Virus record (IMG/VR): IMGVR_UViG_3300008266_000155
Location: 1 to 59,303 of that record
DNA: 59,303 bases
Strand: one strand, 5' to 3'
Source: a virus
Lineage: Duplodnaviria > Caudoviricetes
The position numbers and the translations under genes were made by a program. Below, piece by piece: positions 43,281 through 52,930 of the stretch. The notes beneath the pieces were generated by a model that did not search any database, had not been told where the DNA came from, and worked only from the letters and a program-made list of their open reading frames with translations. Each line of letters begins with the position of its first letter. Position 1 is the stretch's first letter.

Positions 43281-43924
43281 CCGAGAAGCGGCTGTCGAAG
43301 CGCGAGGAGCTGTACGTCGCGGCCCGGCTCGAGGGCGCCAACAAAACGCAGGCAGCCATCAAGGCGGGCTATGGCGCGAAGAACGCGCACAAGGAGGGCT
43401 GGAAGCTTGAGCGCAAGCCGCACGTCTTGGCAGCCATTCAGGCGGTCAGCCGCCGCGCGCTCGAACAGGCAGGCGTCACGCGCGAGCGCGTCGTCGCCGA
43501 GCTGGCCGCGATCGGGTTCGCCGACATCCGCAAGGCAGTGAAGTGGGGCAATATCCCGACGGTCACCGGCGAGACGGAGGACGGCGAGCCGATTGTCACG
43601 CACGCCAACGACGTCGCGCTCGTCGATTCCGACAAGCTGGACGCCGAGACGGCTGTCGCAATTGCGGAGGTGAAGCGCGGCCAGGACGGCGCCATCTCGA
43701 TCAAGATGCACTCGAAGCTGTCGGCCCTGCAGGAAATCGTGAAGGTGATGGGCTATGCTGACGAGGGCCACAACCCACCCCCGGTGCCGCCGGCCGCGCC
43801 GCAGGTCCACAACCACCTGCATTTGCACCAGCAGATCCGCGACGAGCGGCGCACGGCCCTGATGGAGATATTCGGCGATGCTCTCAGCGGAACGGTTACC
43901 GCAGACAAGACTGGCGGCGATTAG
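43277..43924 (+). CDS. terS: Terminase small subunit
   Basis: 'NKTQAAIKAGY..KNA', 'RERVVAELAAIGFADI', 'IKMHSKLSAL'; immediately upstream of terL. Confidence 0.85.
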   Translation: MTEKRLSKREELYVAARLEGANKTQAAIKAGYGAKNAHKEGWKLERKPHVLAAIQAVSRRALEQAGVTRERVVAELAAIGFADIRKAVKWGNIPTVTGETEDGEPIVTHANDVALVDSDKLDAETAVAIAEVKRGQDGAISIKMHSKLSALQEIVKVMGYADEGHNPPPVPPAAPQVHNHLHLHQQIRDERRTALMEIFGDALSGTVTADKTGGD

Positions 43925-45461
43925 GTTCTACGCCGACGTCGAAGACGCGGCCGCGCAGCGCGGGCCCGACATCGTCCGGTTCGCCCGGCGCTGGCTGGCG
44001 CGCAACGACCTGTTCTACCTGCTGACCGTGCTGTGCAGGCGCAAGGATCTCAACCGCGACTGGCTGTTCGATCGGTGTCGCGAGGTCTTCCGCGAGCCCA
44101 ACGGCCGGCTCGATCTGTGGGCGCGCGAGCACTACAAGTCGACGATCATCACGTTCGGGCTGCTGCTGCAGGACATTCTCGCCAGCCACGGCGAGGATCC
44201 CGAGCAGCGCTATGACGGCCGCGAGGTGACGATCGGCATCCTCTCGTTCAGCAAGCCGAGCGCGAAGGGCTTTCTGCGCCAGCTCAAATACGAGATGGAA
44301 TCGAACGACGAGCTGAAAGCGCTGTTCGATGACGTGCTGTGGTCCAACCCGCAGCGGCAGGCGCCGAAATGGTCCGAGGACGACGGCCTGATCGTCATCC
44401 GCAAGACCAACCCGAAAGAGGCGACAGTCGAGGCGCATGGGCTGGTCGACGGCCAGCCGGTCGGCAAACACTTCTTCATCATCAACTACGACGACGTCGT
44501 CACGCAGGATAACGTCTCGCCCGAGATGATCCTCAAGACGACGCAAGCCTGGGAGCTGTCCAACTCGCTCGGCACCGAGGGCGGCCACAAACGCTACATT
44601 GGCACGCGCTACGCCATGTTCGACACCTATCGCACCATGATCGAGCGCGGCATCAAGCCGCGCATCCACGCCTGCACCAGCGATGGCACGGAGGACTGGA
44701 CCAAGTCAGTGCTGATGAGCCCGGCCACCCTCGCCGAGAAGCGCCAGCTCCAAGGGCCGTACACCTTCGGCGCGCAGATGCTGCTGGATCCGACCGCCGA
44801 CAAGCAGCAAGGGTTCAAACAGGAGTGGCTGGACTATTGGCCGGCGTCCGAGCTGTCGAACCTCAACCGGCTCATCCTCGTCGACCCGGCCGGCTCGAAG
44901 AAGCGCAAGACGAACGACTACACGACCATGTGGGTTCTCGGCCTGGGCGGCGACCGCAAGGTGCGCGTTATCGACGTCGTGCGCGATCGGCTCAATCTGG
45001 TCGAGCGCCAGCGCATGCTGTTCACCCTGCACCGGACGCACCGGCCCTACTTCGTCGGCTACGAGCAATACGGCCTGCAGGCGGACATCGAGCACCACAA
45101 GAGCATCATGGAGCGCGAGAATTACCAGTTCACCATCACCGAGCTGGGCGGCTCGCTGGACAAGCACAGCCGCATCACCCGGCTCGTCCCATGGTTTGAG
45201 CGCAAAGACATCCTGCTGCCCGAGCGCGGCGTCGTGCGCACCGACTATGAGGGCCGGAGCCACAACCTGATCCGGACGTTCATCGAGGAAGAGTACGAGC
45301 CCTTCCCGACCGTGACGCACGACGACATGCTCGACGCCCTGTCGCGCATCGCGGATCCCGAGGTGCCGCTGACCTTCCCGGTCCCCAAGGAGGAGACGAC
45401 GGCGAAGTGGATGGAGGAGCTGATGGCCGAGGGCGAAGAACGGGATTGGATGACAGCATGA
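43878..45461 (+). CDS. terL: Terminase large subunit
   Basis: Walker A variant 'AREHYKST', 'YDDVV', 'IGTRY'; RNase H-like 'LVDPA...DYT...HDDMLDAL'. Confidence 0.9.
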   Translation: MLSAERLPQTRLAAIRFYADVEDAAAQRGPDIVRFARRWLARNDLFYLLTVLCRRKDLNRDWLFDRCREVFREPNGRLDLWAREHYKSTIITFGLLLQDILASHGEDPEQRYDGREVTIGILSFSKPSAKGFLRQLKYEMESNDELKALFDDVLWSNPQRQAPKWSEDDGLIVIRKTNPKEATVEAHGLVDGQPVGKHFFIINYDDVVTQDNVSPEMILKTTQAWELSNSLGTEGGHKRYIGTRYAMFDTYRTMIERGIKPRIHACTSDGTEDWTKSVLMSPATLAEKRQLQGPYTFGAQMLLDPTADKQQGFKQEWLDYWPASELSNLNRLILVDPAGSKKRKTNDYTTMWVLGLGGDRKVRVIDVVRDRLNLVERQRMLFTLHRTHRPYFVGYEQYGLQADIEHHKSIMERENYQFTITELGGSLDKHSRITRLVPWFERKDILLPERGVVRTDYEGRSHNLIRTFIEEEYEPFPTVTHDDMLDALSRIADPEVPLTFPVPKEETTAKWMEELMAEGEERDWMTA

Positions 45462-45805
45462 TCGACCACTGAAAGCGCATCCTCTCGAGGATGATGGACG
45501 AGCGGGCGCAGGCGGCGAAGGCCGCCATGTTCTATCTCGACACGATCAACGACATCGAGTGGGTTTACAGGGACGCGCCGGGCGTGAGCCGGAAGCGCAA
45601 CCGCTTCATGGTTCGGCTCGCCTGCTAGGCACAGGGCAGCGCCCGCCGGCTGCATGCGGAGATCGAGGAGCTGCGGCGTAACCCGCTGGGATCGACCGCC
45701 CCGATCTTGTCGACAATCGGCGGATCGGATACCACTTGATCGCCGGCTTCGGCCGGTTGCCCTCCTTGGGCGTTTCCTCCCTAAACTTTCGGACCTATTC
45801 GAGCA

Positions 45806-45835
45806 CCCGCCGGCCCCCGTGGCTGGCGGGCTTTT
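45806..45835 (+). terminator. Rho-independent terminator after the terminase operon
   Basis: CCCGCCGGCC/GGCTGGCGGG stem followed by CTTTT. Confidence 0.6.
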
Positions 45836-45964
45836 CGTTGTGCCGCCCGGTCTTCCGCGCGTGCAAGATCCTGATCGGCGCTCGAGCTGCGATCTTGCGA
45901 AAATGCCGGTTCCACGGTAAGCCCGATGCTGCAGCCTCCCATCAGCGCGCCGAGGGCCACACCC

Positions 45965-46186
45965 ATGTCCATGTCATCCGCCGAGTATGACGCCGTCTTC
46001 GGCACCGCCTGGCACGTCAACGGCGAAACCATCAAGGAGCGGCTGGTCTACACGACCTATGCCGGCGACCCGACCAACAACATCACGCCCAAGTTCATCG
46101 GGCAGGAATGCTTCGACACGACGAACGCAGCCTTCTATCAGGCGACGTCGCTGCTGGCCGCCGGCTGGAAGAAGCTGACGCCCTAA
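45965..46186 (+). CDS. Small virion protein
   Basis: 'YAGDPTNNITPKFIGQECFDTTN..FY.A' motif; first gene of the late operon. Confidence 0.6.
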   Translation: MSMSSAEYDAVFGTAWHVNGETIKERLVYTTYAGDPTNNITPKFIGQECFDTTNAAFYQATSLLAAGWKKLTP

Positions 46187-46221
46187 TCGACCGCCCGCCT
46201 CTCGCATGAAGGAGGGCCGCC

Positions 46222-46587
46222 ATGCTGCGCCCGGAAGACCGGCCATTCGAGATTGGCAAGATCGACGCCGTCATTGCCACCGGCGCGTCCGAATCGGCGA
46301 TCGTGGATCTTGGCGGCCTGCATCTGGCCGCCATCCTGATGCCAGCGGCGTGGACCGCCGCATCAATCACCATCCTCACCAGCTACGACGGTGCCAATTT
46401 CTTCCCGGCCTACGATAGCGCGGGCAATGAGATCACGCTGACCGTCGCAGCCAGCCGCCTCGTCGTCATGGATTTCAGCCAGACGATCGCGCTCGGCAAC
46501 CACATCAAGCTGCGCAGCGGCACCTTGGCGCTACCCGTCAACCAAGTCGCTGCACGCACCCTGTCGCTCATCCCGCGGAGCTTCTGA
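46222..46587 (+). CDS. Virion structural protein
   Basis: 'IATGASES..VDL...MPAAWTAASIT...KLRSGT...NQ.AAR'; AAGGAGG RBS. Confidence 0.65.
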   Translation: MLRPEDRPFEIGKIDAVIATGASESAIVDLGGLHLAAILMPAAWTAASITILTSYDGANFFPAYDSAGNEITLTVAASRLVVMDFSQTIALGNHIKLRSGTLALPVNQVAARTLSLIPRSF

Positions 46588-46736
46588 TGATCCGTTCGGC
46601 TCTGCGGCGGGCCGCGCTGATCGGCACTATCAAGCCCGGGTTCGTCGACGACATCGAGCTTGTCGCGCCGGCCCTCGATTTCACATCACCCGACAACTCA
46701 TCGCTCTTGGCGCTGCGGTCGATAGGGATCGGCTGA
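46587..46736 (+). CDS. Small hypothetical protein (49 aa)
   Basis: TGATG coupling; fills the gap exactly. Confidence 0.5.
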   Translation: MIRSALRRAALIGTIKPGFVDDIELVAPALDFTSPDNSSLLALRSIGIG

Positions 46737-46737
46737 C

Positions 46738-48273
46738 ATGGCCCAAATCAAAGTCGTCGATGCCCTGGGCGTTCAAAAAGACGCCGCGCTTGTCACCGGC
46801 ACGGGCGTCGCGCTCGCCGCCGAATCGCTGCCGGTTGTCCTGGCGTCCGATCGCGCGGTCACCATCGCCGGCTATGACGCTGGCGACGACATGCTCAAGA
46901 TCAAGAGCATGCAGAAAAAGTGGCGCGACAGTTTCACCCGGCCGCTGACCGACCAGTGGGACGTCACGCTGTCAGGCGGCATGACGGCGGTCAACTCTGC
47001 CGGCCAGCTCACGATCGCGAGCGGCACGACGGCGGCGGCCTATGCCGAGCTGCTGACGAAGGAGACGTTCACGATCCCCTTCCGCGCCATGTTCGGCGTC
47101 CTGAACACGCGCAACGCGAACAACCACCACATCCTCGAGATCGTTTCGGTCGACGCTGTCACCGGGATCCCCGACGGCAAGCACTGCATCCAGGTGGACA
47201 TCGGCGGCGCAGCGTCGATGACCGCGACGCAGATGCTCTACTATGTGCAGAATGGCGGGCTTGTGCCGCTGGCATCAGCCGCGGCGACGATCGTCACCAC
47301 CGCATCCTATTCGGTCATCGAGCTGGAACCGTTCAGCGACGAAGCCTACTTCCATTCGCGCGCCATCGACGCCACGACGGGCCGCTCGAACAGCTACGTT
47401 CGCCACCAGCAGATCCCCGACCCGAGCGCCGTCTACAAGCTGCGCATCCGGTCGATGAATCACGCCGCTTGGCGAGCCATCACAGGCGCCGTCTCCGGTA
47501 CCGGCGGCGTCATCCGCCTGACATCGACTGCGCACGGCTACACGGGCACGCCGACCGTTTGGGTTGAGGCGCTGAACGGCGTTCTCAATGGCGCCGCCGA
47601 GGTTCGCGGCAATTATCCCATCACCGTCGTCGACGCGAACACCATCGAGCTGACCGGCACGACCTTCGCCGGGGCCTATGTCACCGGCTCGGGCCGCGTC
47701 GCGCTCGGCGCCGCGCCGACGGCCGTCAACCTGCAGTTCCAGTTCATCAACTGCCAGGACTATGCCGAGCTGACCGCCGAGATTACGGCGGGCCGCGGCC
47801 AGTCCGTCGAGGGGCAGGCAATCGGCGCCCGCCTCGTCGCGGGCACATCGGCGATCGGCTCGGTCTCTGTAACGGGATCGGTCACCTCAAGCGTCACGGG
47901 CGGCACGGTCAGCCCGGTTGTGCCGGCCACTCCCTACATCCTCAACAGCGCCGCGAGTACCAATGAGGTTTTGATCCTCACAGGCACCAGCGGCCTGCAC
48001 GCCTTCTATGCGACGAACACGGGCGCAGCCGTGGCCTTCGTCAAGCTCTACAACAAGGCAACAGCGCCGGCATCAACCGACGTGCCTGCCATGATTATCC
48101 CGGTCCCCGCGGCCGTGTCGGGCGTTCCAGGCGTCGCGACGCTGCCGATCGGGTTCGCGGGTTTCCGCTTCGCGCTCGGGCTCGGGATCCGCATCACGGG
48201 CTTGGTCGCCGACAACGACACAACCGCAGTGGCCGTTGGTCAGGTCAAGGTGATGCTGTCGAGGACAATCTGA
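46738..48273 (+). CDS. Virion fibre/decoration protein with E1-FCCH-like beta module
   Basis: 'ITGAVSGTGGVIRLTSTAHG...ITVVDANTIEL'; Thr/Ala/Gly-rich. Confidence 0.6.
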   Translation: MAQIKVVDALGVQKDAALVTGTGVALAAESLPVVLASDRAVTIAGYDAGDDMLKIKSMQKKWRDSFTRPLTDQWDVTLSGGMTAVNSAGQLTIASGTTAAAYAELLTKETFTIPFRAMFGVLNTRNANNHHILEIVSVDAVTGIPDGKHCIQVDIGGAASMTATQMLYYVQNGGLVPLASAAATIVTTASYSVIELEPFSDEAYFHSRAIDATTGRSNSYVRHQQIPDPSAVYKLRIRSMNHAAWRAITGAVSGTGGVIRLTSTAHGYTGTPTVWVEALNGVLNGAAEVRGNYPITVVDANTIELTGTTFAGAYVTGSGRVALGAAPTAVNLQFQFINCQDYAELTAEITAGRGQSVEGQAIGARLVAGTSAIGSVSVTGSVTSSVTGGTVSPVVPATPYILNSAASTNEVLILTGTSGLHAFYATNTGAAVAFVKLYNKATAPASTDVPAMIIPVPAAVSGVPGVATLPIGFAGFRFALGLGIRITGLVADNDTTAVAVGQVKVMLSRTI

Positions 48274-48479
48274 TGGCAACCTATAGCATCATCGAAAGCA
48301 ACGGCCCGTACACAAAGATCGTCGTCGCCTTTGGCGGTCACGAGTTCGAGCAGAACGTCATCTTGTCAAAGCCTGCCGAGCTGCAAGCCTACGCCGACGA
48401 TTACGAGGCAGAGTATGCAAAGCTGCCTGCATCTTCGGAAAACGCAAGCGGCGGCGGGCAAAACGAACAGGAAGGCTGA
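48273..48479 (+). CDS. Hypothetical protein
   Basis: TGATG coupling. Confidence 0.55.
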   Translation: MATYSIIESNGPYTKIVVAFGGHEFEQNVILSKPAELQAYADDYEAEYAKLPASSENASGGGQNEQEG

Positions 48480-48490
48480 CGAAACAGCAA

Positions 48491-50404
48491 ATGCGCTATG
48501 GCCCGCTCCCTCCGAAGCAACTGCCGTATCAGGACATGGCCGTTGTCATGGTCCACGCCGAGCGCCACCAGCGCGCGGCGGCGGCGTTTGGCAAATGGGC
48601 GCCAGGCGCAAAGCAGGCCGTCGACATGTTCGAGGGCCGGCAATGGACCTTCGACCAGATCAAGGCGATGGTCGATCGCCCCGCGCTGACGTTCAACACG
48701 ATCTCGCCGCTGGTGCGGCTGGTGCTCGGCTATCAGCGCAACAACAAGTCCGACATCAAGTTCCAGCCGAGCACGGACTCGGTCAGCTCGGAGGAGGTGG
48801 CGACGATCCTGTCGCAGCTCGAAAAGAGCATCGCGATCATCACCCAGCAGGAGTACGTCGACGCCGAGGTGTTCATGGACGGCATCGTCACCGGCCGCGG
48901 CTGGTTCCAGACCTTGCTCGACTTCGACAACAACGACCTGGGCGAGGCGATCACGCGCGCCTGCGACCCGTTCACGGTCATGCCGGATCCCGACGGCGAC
49001 ACCTACAACCTCAACCAGACCTGCGGCTTCATCAACAAGACCAAGATGGTCAGCATCGACGAGCTGGAAGCCACCTATGGCCGCAACGCCGCCGACCTGC
49101 TGCGACCGTACACCATGGGGCGCACGCCGCTGGCGCCGATCAGCTCCGTTGTTGTTGGCGACGAGGTGACGCCCGTCCGCTATTGGGGCAACCGCGACGA
49201 TCGCAACGACGACTGGTGGGACACCTTCTACGCCACCATGGGCGACTTCGTGGACACCGCCCGCAAATCGATCCGCATCATCGACACCGAGCACTATGTG
49301 CGCGAGGAGCGGAACGTCATCATCGACCTCGAGACGGGCGACAAGAAGGTGCTGCCCGAACACTTCACCCAGCAGCAGCTCGAGAAGATCCTGCTGTTCT
49401 GCGAGATGAACAACAACCCGGTGAAGCTGCAGCGCCGCATGGTGTCGCGCGTGCAGTGGACGACCATGTGCGGCGACATGCTGCTCTACAACAAGCCCTC
49501 GCCCTACCAGTCGTTCAGCCTGACCGGATACTTCCCGTATTTCCGCCGCGGCTTCACGCGTGGCATGGTCGAGGATCTGATCGATCCGCAGCGCGAGAAG
49601 AACAAGCGCCGCTCGGTCGAGATCGACATGGTGTCGAAGCTCTCGAACGGCGGGTGGATGGTGCATGAGGACGCGCTGACGCCCGAGAATTGGATCCGCC
49701 ACAAGCGGTTCAGCTCGACGCCTGGCTACACGATGAAGTGGAAGGGCGAGCAAAGGCCCGAGCAGATCCAGCCGGCCGCCTCGCCAGTCGCGCATGAGCG
49801 GCTGGAAAAGAACGCCGACGAGGACATGCGCAAGATCAGCGGCATCAACGAGTCCGCGCTCGGCGAGCTGGACCGTGTGCAGTCCGGCCGCGCGATCGAG
49901 GCCCGGCAGAAGCAGGCCGTCATCGCGATCCAGCTCTACATGGACAACTTCGCGCGCTCGAAGTCCCTGCTGGGCGCGAAGCGGCTCGAGCTGATCCAGA
50001 ACCACTACACCGAGGAGCGCATCTACCGGGTGCTCGGCGAGGACGGCAAATACTCGCAGGTGGTCATCAACCGTCAGCAGCAAGACCCGAGCGGCGGCGC
50101 AATGCGCATCCTGGGCGACGTCACGCTCGGCAAATACACCGCCGTCGTCGATCAAGCGCCAATGTCGGCCACGTTCGCGTCCGCGCAGTTCGACGAGATG
50201 ATGCAGCTCATGGAGAAGATGGGCCCGATCATTCAGCAGCAGCTCCCCATGTTCGCGGATCTCGTCATCGACATGTCCACCCTGCCTCGCAAGCAGGAGT
50301 GGATTCAGCGCATGCAGCAGGCCGCGCAGGCGGCCGCCGCAGCGCAGCAGGCTATGCCGCCCGGCGGGGCACCAGCAGCCGGCGGCGCCCCGCCTCCGGT
50401 CTAA
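48491..50404 (+). CDS. Portal protein (P22-like)
   Basis: 'FEGRQW...RPALTFNTI..LV..VLG.QR', 'GMVEDLIDPQ..NKRRS', 'SGRAI.ARQ'. Confidence 0.88.
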   Translation: MRYGPLPPKQLPYQDMAVVMVHAERHQRAAAAFGKWAPGAKQAVDMFEGRQWTFDQIKAMVDRPALTFNTISPLVRLVLGYQRNNKSDIKFQPSTDSVSSEEVATILSQLEKSIAIITQQEYVDAEVFMDGIVTGRGWFQTLLDFDNNDLGEAITRACDPFTVMPDPDGDTYNLNQTCGFINKTKMVSIDELEATYGRNAADLLRPYTMGRTPLAPISSVVVGDEVTPVRYWGNRDDRNDDWWDTFYATMGDFVDTARKSIRIIDTEHYVREERNVIIDLETGDKKVLPEHFTQQQLEKILLFCEMNNNPVKLQRRMVSRVQWTTMCGDMLLYNKPSPYQSFSLTGYFPYFRRGFTRGMVEDLIDPQREKNKRRSVEIDMVSKLSNGGWMVHEDALTPENWIRHKRFSSTPGYTMKWKGEQRPEQIQPAASPVAHERLEKNADEDMRKISGINESALGELDRVQSGRAIEARQKQAVIAIQLYMDNFARSKSLLGAKRLELIQNHYTEERIYRVLGEDGKYSQVVINRQQQDPSGGAMRILGDVTLGKYTAVVDQAPMSATFASAQFDEMMQLMEKMGPIIQQQLPMFADLVIDMSTLPRKQEWIQRMQQAAQAAAAAQQAMPPGGAPAAGGAPPPV

Positions 50405-50419
50405 CCGAGGACCATTCCC

Positions 50420-51094
50420 ATGACCCGTATCGTCGAGATCTCCAATTCGGAGGCCACCGGCTCCGAGCGCTCCGTCGTCGTGATGTCGCTCGCGCCCGGC
50501 AGCCGCACGCCCCAGCCGCTCGCCACGATCGAGCCCGGGCGCAGCCACGTCGCCTTTGTTTATTGCGGCGCGATCGTCCTGATCGCCGATCGCTCGCTCG
50601 AACAGTTCCCGGGTCTGGTCGCCGCGGCGCCTGAGCGCGATGAGCCCGTCGTGATCGTCGACGAGTTCACGGCCGAGGAGCGCGAGCTGATTGTCGCGCT
50701 TCGAGACAATGGCGTTGCGATCGGGCCCGACATGGTCGATATGCTGCGCACGAGCCCGGCGCCCGACGCCAACGCCGGCGAGCTGGTCGCCGCGCTGACC
50801 GGCGGCCCGGCCCCCGAGGCGCCGCCCGAGGGCTTCGTCATGATGACCGTGGCCGACGTCGAGGACTATCAGCGGCTGGCCAAGGCCGAGACGCAGCGCG
50901 CCAATCAGGAGCTGGAGAAGGCCGCGCAGCAGCGGGCGGCCGCCGAGCCCGCGGTCAAGATCGTCCTGCCGCCCGCGATGGAGCGCATGACCAAAGCCGA
51001 GCTGCAGGCGTTCGCCGACGCCAACGCGATCCCGCTGCCGGAAGACGCGACCAAGGCCGTCATGCTCGACATCATCAACGCCGCCGCCGCCTGA
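50420..51094 (+). CDS. Head-module protein with C-terminal HeH/LEM-like domain
   Basis: 'MTKAELQAFADANAIPLPEDATKAVMLDII'. Confidence 0.6.
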   Translation: MTRIVEISNSEATGSERSVVVMSLAPGSRTPQPLATIEPGRSHVAFVYCGAIVLIADRSLEQFPGLVAAAPERDEPVVIVDEFTAEERELIVALRDNGVAIGPDMVDMLRTSPAPDANAGELVAALTGGPAPEAPPEGFVMMTVADVEDYQRLAKAETQRANQELEKAAQQRAAAEPAVKIVLPPAMERMTKAELQAFADANAIPLPEDATKAVMLDIINAAAA

Positions 51095-51122
51095 CGCACG
51101 CGCCCGGCCGCTGACCACCCCA

Positions 51123-51152
51123 GCCCCGCTGCCGTCCTGGCGGCGGGGTTTT
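51123..51152 (+). terminator. Stem-loop terminator
   Basis: GCCCCGCTGCC/GGCGGCGGGGT stem followed by TTT. Confidence 0.55.
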
Positions 51153-51167
51153 CACAGGAGCACCACC

Positions 51168-51710
51168 ATGGGCCACAAGCTCTCCGACGAAACCCTCATC
51201 ACGCCCGCGCTGCTGCGCCGCTTCATCGCCGAGGGCGAGCTGGAAGACGGCAACGGCCAGCACTTCGCCGTGATCCAGATGCAGGATGGCAGCTATTGCG
51301 AGTACAACCCGTACAGCCCCGAGGCCGATCCTCTGCAGGCTGGCTGGGTGCGTGACGTGCTGCGCATGCTGAACAGCGAGCTTCACTATGACGGCGCGTG
51401 GGTCTGCTGCTTCACGCATCCGGCGCCGACCGGGCTCGTGCAGCGCTTCGTCGAATACAACCGCTGCTGCTGGATCTGGCTGGACCGCGACGGCGATCCG
51501 CAGTTCACCTCCGATTGGGTGAAGGACGGCCACCATCAGCACCTCGATTTCGCCGACGTCGTGATCTCCGGCGTCGTGTCGCAGGTGCAGCGGTGCGAGA
51601 TGGCCTATTCCGCCTACTTCGAGATGATGCAGACCGACATGCTCGACGCGAAGCCCGAGCACAAATTCCGCCGGGCGCTCGGCGAGAAGGCCCCGTCCGC
51701 GCGCTCGTGA
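51168..51710 (+). CDS. Hypothetical protein
   Basis: AGGAG RBS; 180 aa. Confidence 0.65.
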   Translation: MGHKLSDETLITPALLRRFIAEGELEDGNGQHFAVIQMQDGSYCEYNPYSPEADPLQAGWVRDVLRMLNSELHYDGAWVCCFTHPAPTGLVQRFVEYNRCCWIWLDRDGDPQFTSDWVKDGHHQHLDFADVVISGVVSQVQRCEMAYSAYFEMMQTDMLDAKPEHKFRRALGEKAPSARS

Positions 51711-51907
51711 GCCCTTTGCGCGATTGCAAGATCGCCCCTTTTCGAGTAGCCCTGAATCTGGCGCCAGCGCTTATTTGCTGGCGCCGCCCATAACCGGGGG
51801 CATAGCCGGGTCTTTCGGGTGCTGTTGGTCGTGCCAGCAGGGGATGAGCCGCTGATCCCTAAATCGAGCGTTACCGCGATCGCCCCGCGACAGGAGATGC
51901 GAAGACT

Positions 51908-52912
51908 ATGTCTGGACCAGCAGTTGATGCCGGCGACACCGACGTTCGCCCCGCGATTGTCGATGCCGACGATCTTGAACTAGCCAATGCGAAGGCCGCA
52001 GCCGAAGCCGAGAAGGGCGGCGGGCAAGCAGATGGCGAAGACCTGATCGAAGGAGCCGACGCAGACCCGAACCCCGCGGATTTCGTTCCCGGCAAGCCCA
52101 GCAGGGCAGCCCCGGTCATGATCCCCAAGGGCCGTTTCGACGAAGCCACCACCAAGCTGCAGCGCGAGCGCGACGAAGCGCTCCAACGCGAAGCCTACCT
52201 GGCCGGCCAGATCGAGGCGATGAAGGCTCTGCAGCAGCAGCCCGGTCAGCCGGACAAGCCCGCAGCCCAACAGCCGCCGGCGCGCACGGTCGACCAGATC
52301 CAGCAGGAGATCGAGGCCAACGCCACGAAATTCGACAACGGCGAAATCACCTACGCCGAGATGAAGAAGATCGAGCGACAGCTTGAGCGCGAGGAGCGCG
52401 AGCTGACAGCCCCGAAGCCTGCCGCTGCCGCATCATCGGAAGGGGACAAGCTCTATCTCGACACGCTCACCGCGCAGATCGAGAAGGACCACCCCTACAT
52501 CACGCTGATCCAAAGCCCGGCCGACTTCGAGTTCCTGAAAAGGAAAGCGGCGGAAAGCCTGGCGGCGGAAGGCTGGCGGAATCCGGGCGGTGACATGGGC
52601 GCGTATCAGTACCGCCTGCGCATCGCCGAGATGGCCGACCAGTACGGCGAGATGCTGACTGGCACGAAGCTGACCGGCCCAGCCGCGAAGCCCGCGCCAA
52701 CCGGACAACAGGCACCGCGCTCGCCCCAAGCAGCAGCGCGCGAGGCCAAGCTCAATTTAGCGGCTGACCTGCCGCCCGACATCGCCCGCATGGGAACGGC
52801 CGGCGATGGCGCAAGCGGACAGCTCAGTGACGAGCAGATCATGGCGATGTCTGACGACGAACTCGCCAACCTGCCCACCGCAACTCGTAGGAAACTTCTC
52901 GGTTCTTCCTGA
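51908..52912 (+). CDS. Capsid scaffolding protein
   Basis: Acidic N-terminus, 'MIPKGRFDE', C-terminal 'IMAMSDDELANLP...LLG'; directly upstream of the capsid gene. Confidence 0.75.
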   Translation: MSGPAVDAGDTDVRPAIVDADDLELANAKAAAEAEKGGGQADGEDLIEGADADPNPADFVPGKPSRAAPVMIPKGRFDEATTKLQRERDEALQREAYLAGQIEAMKALQQQPGQPDKPAAQQPPARTVDQIQQEIEANATKFDNGEITYAEMKKIERQLEREERELTAPKPAAAASSEGDKLYLDTLTAQIEKDHPYITLIQSPADFEFLKRKAAESLAAEGWRNPGGDMGAYQYRLRIAEMADQYGEMLTGTKLTGPAAKPAPTGQQAPRSPQAAAREAKLNLAADLPPDIARMGTAGDGASGQLSDEQIMAMSDDELANLPTATRRKLLGSS

Positions 52913-52930
52913 CCCCAAAGGGGAACCACC

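Noticed and set aside
45458-45628. Stop-codon readthrough or recoding (ATG ATC GAC CAC TGA followed by an open frame)
   Set aside because: Single case; TGA is the normal stop throughout the genome. An independent start at 45491 or a sequence error is simpler.
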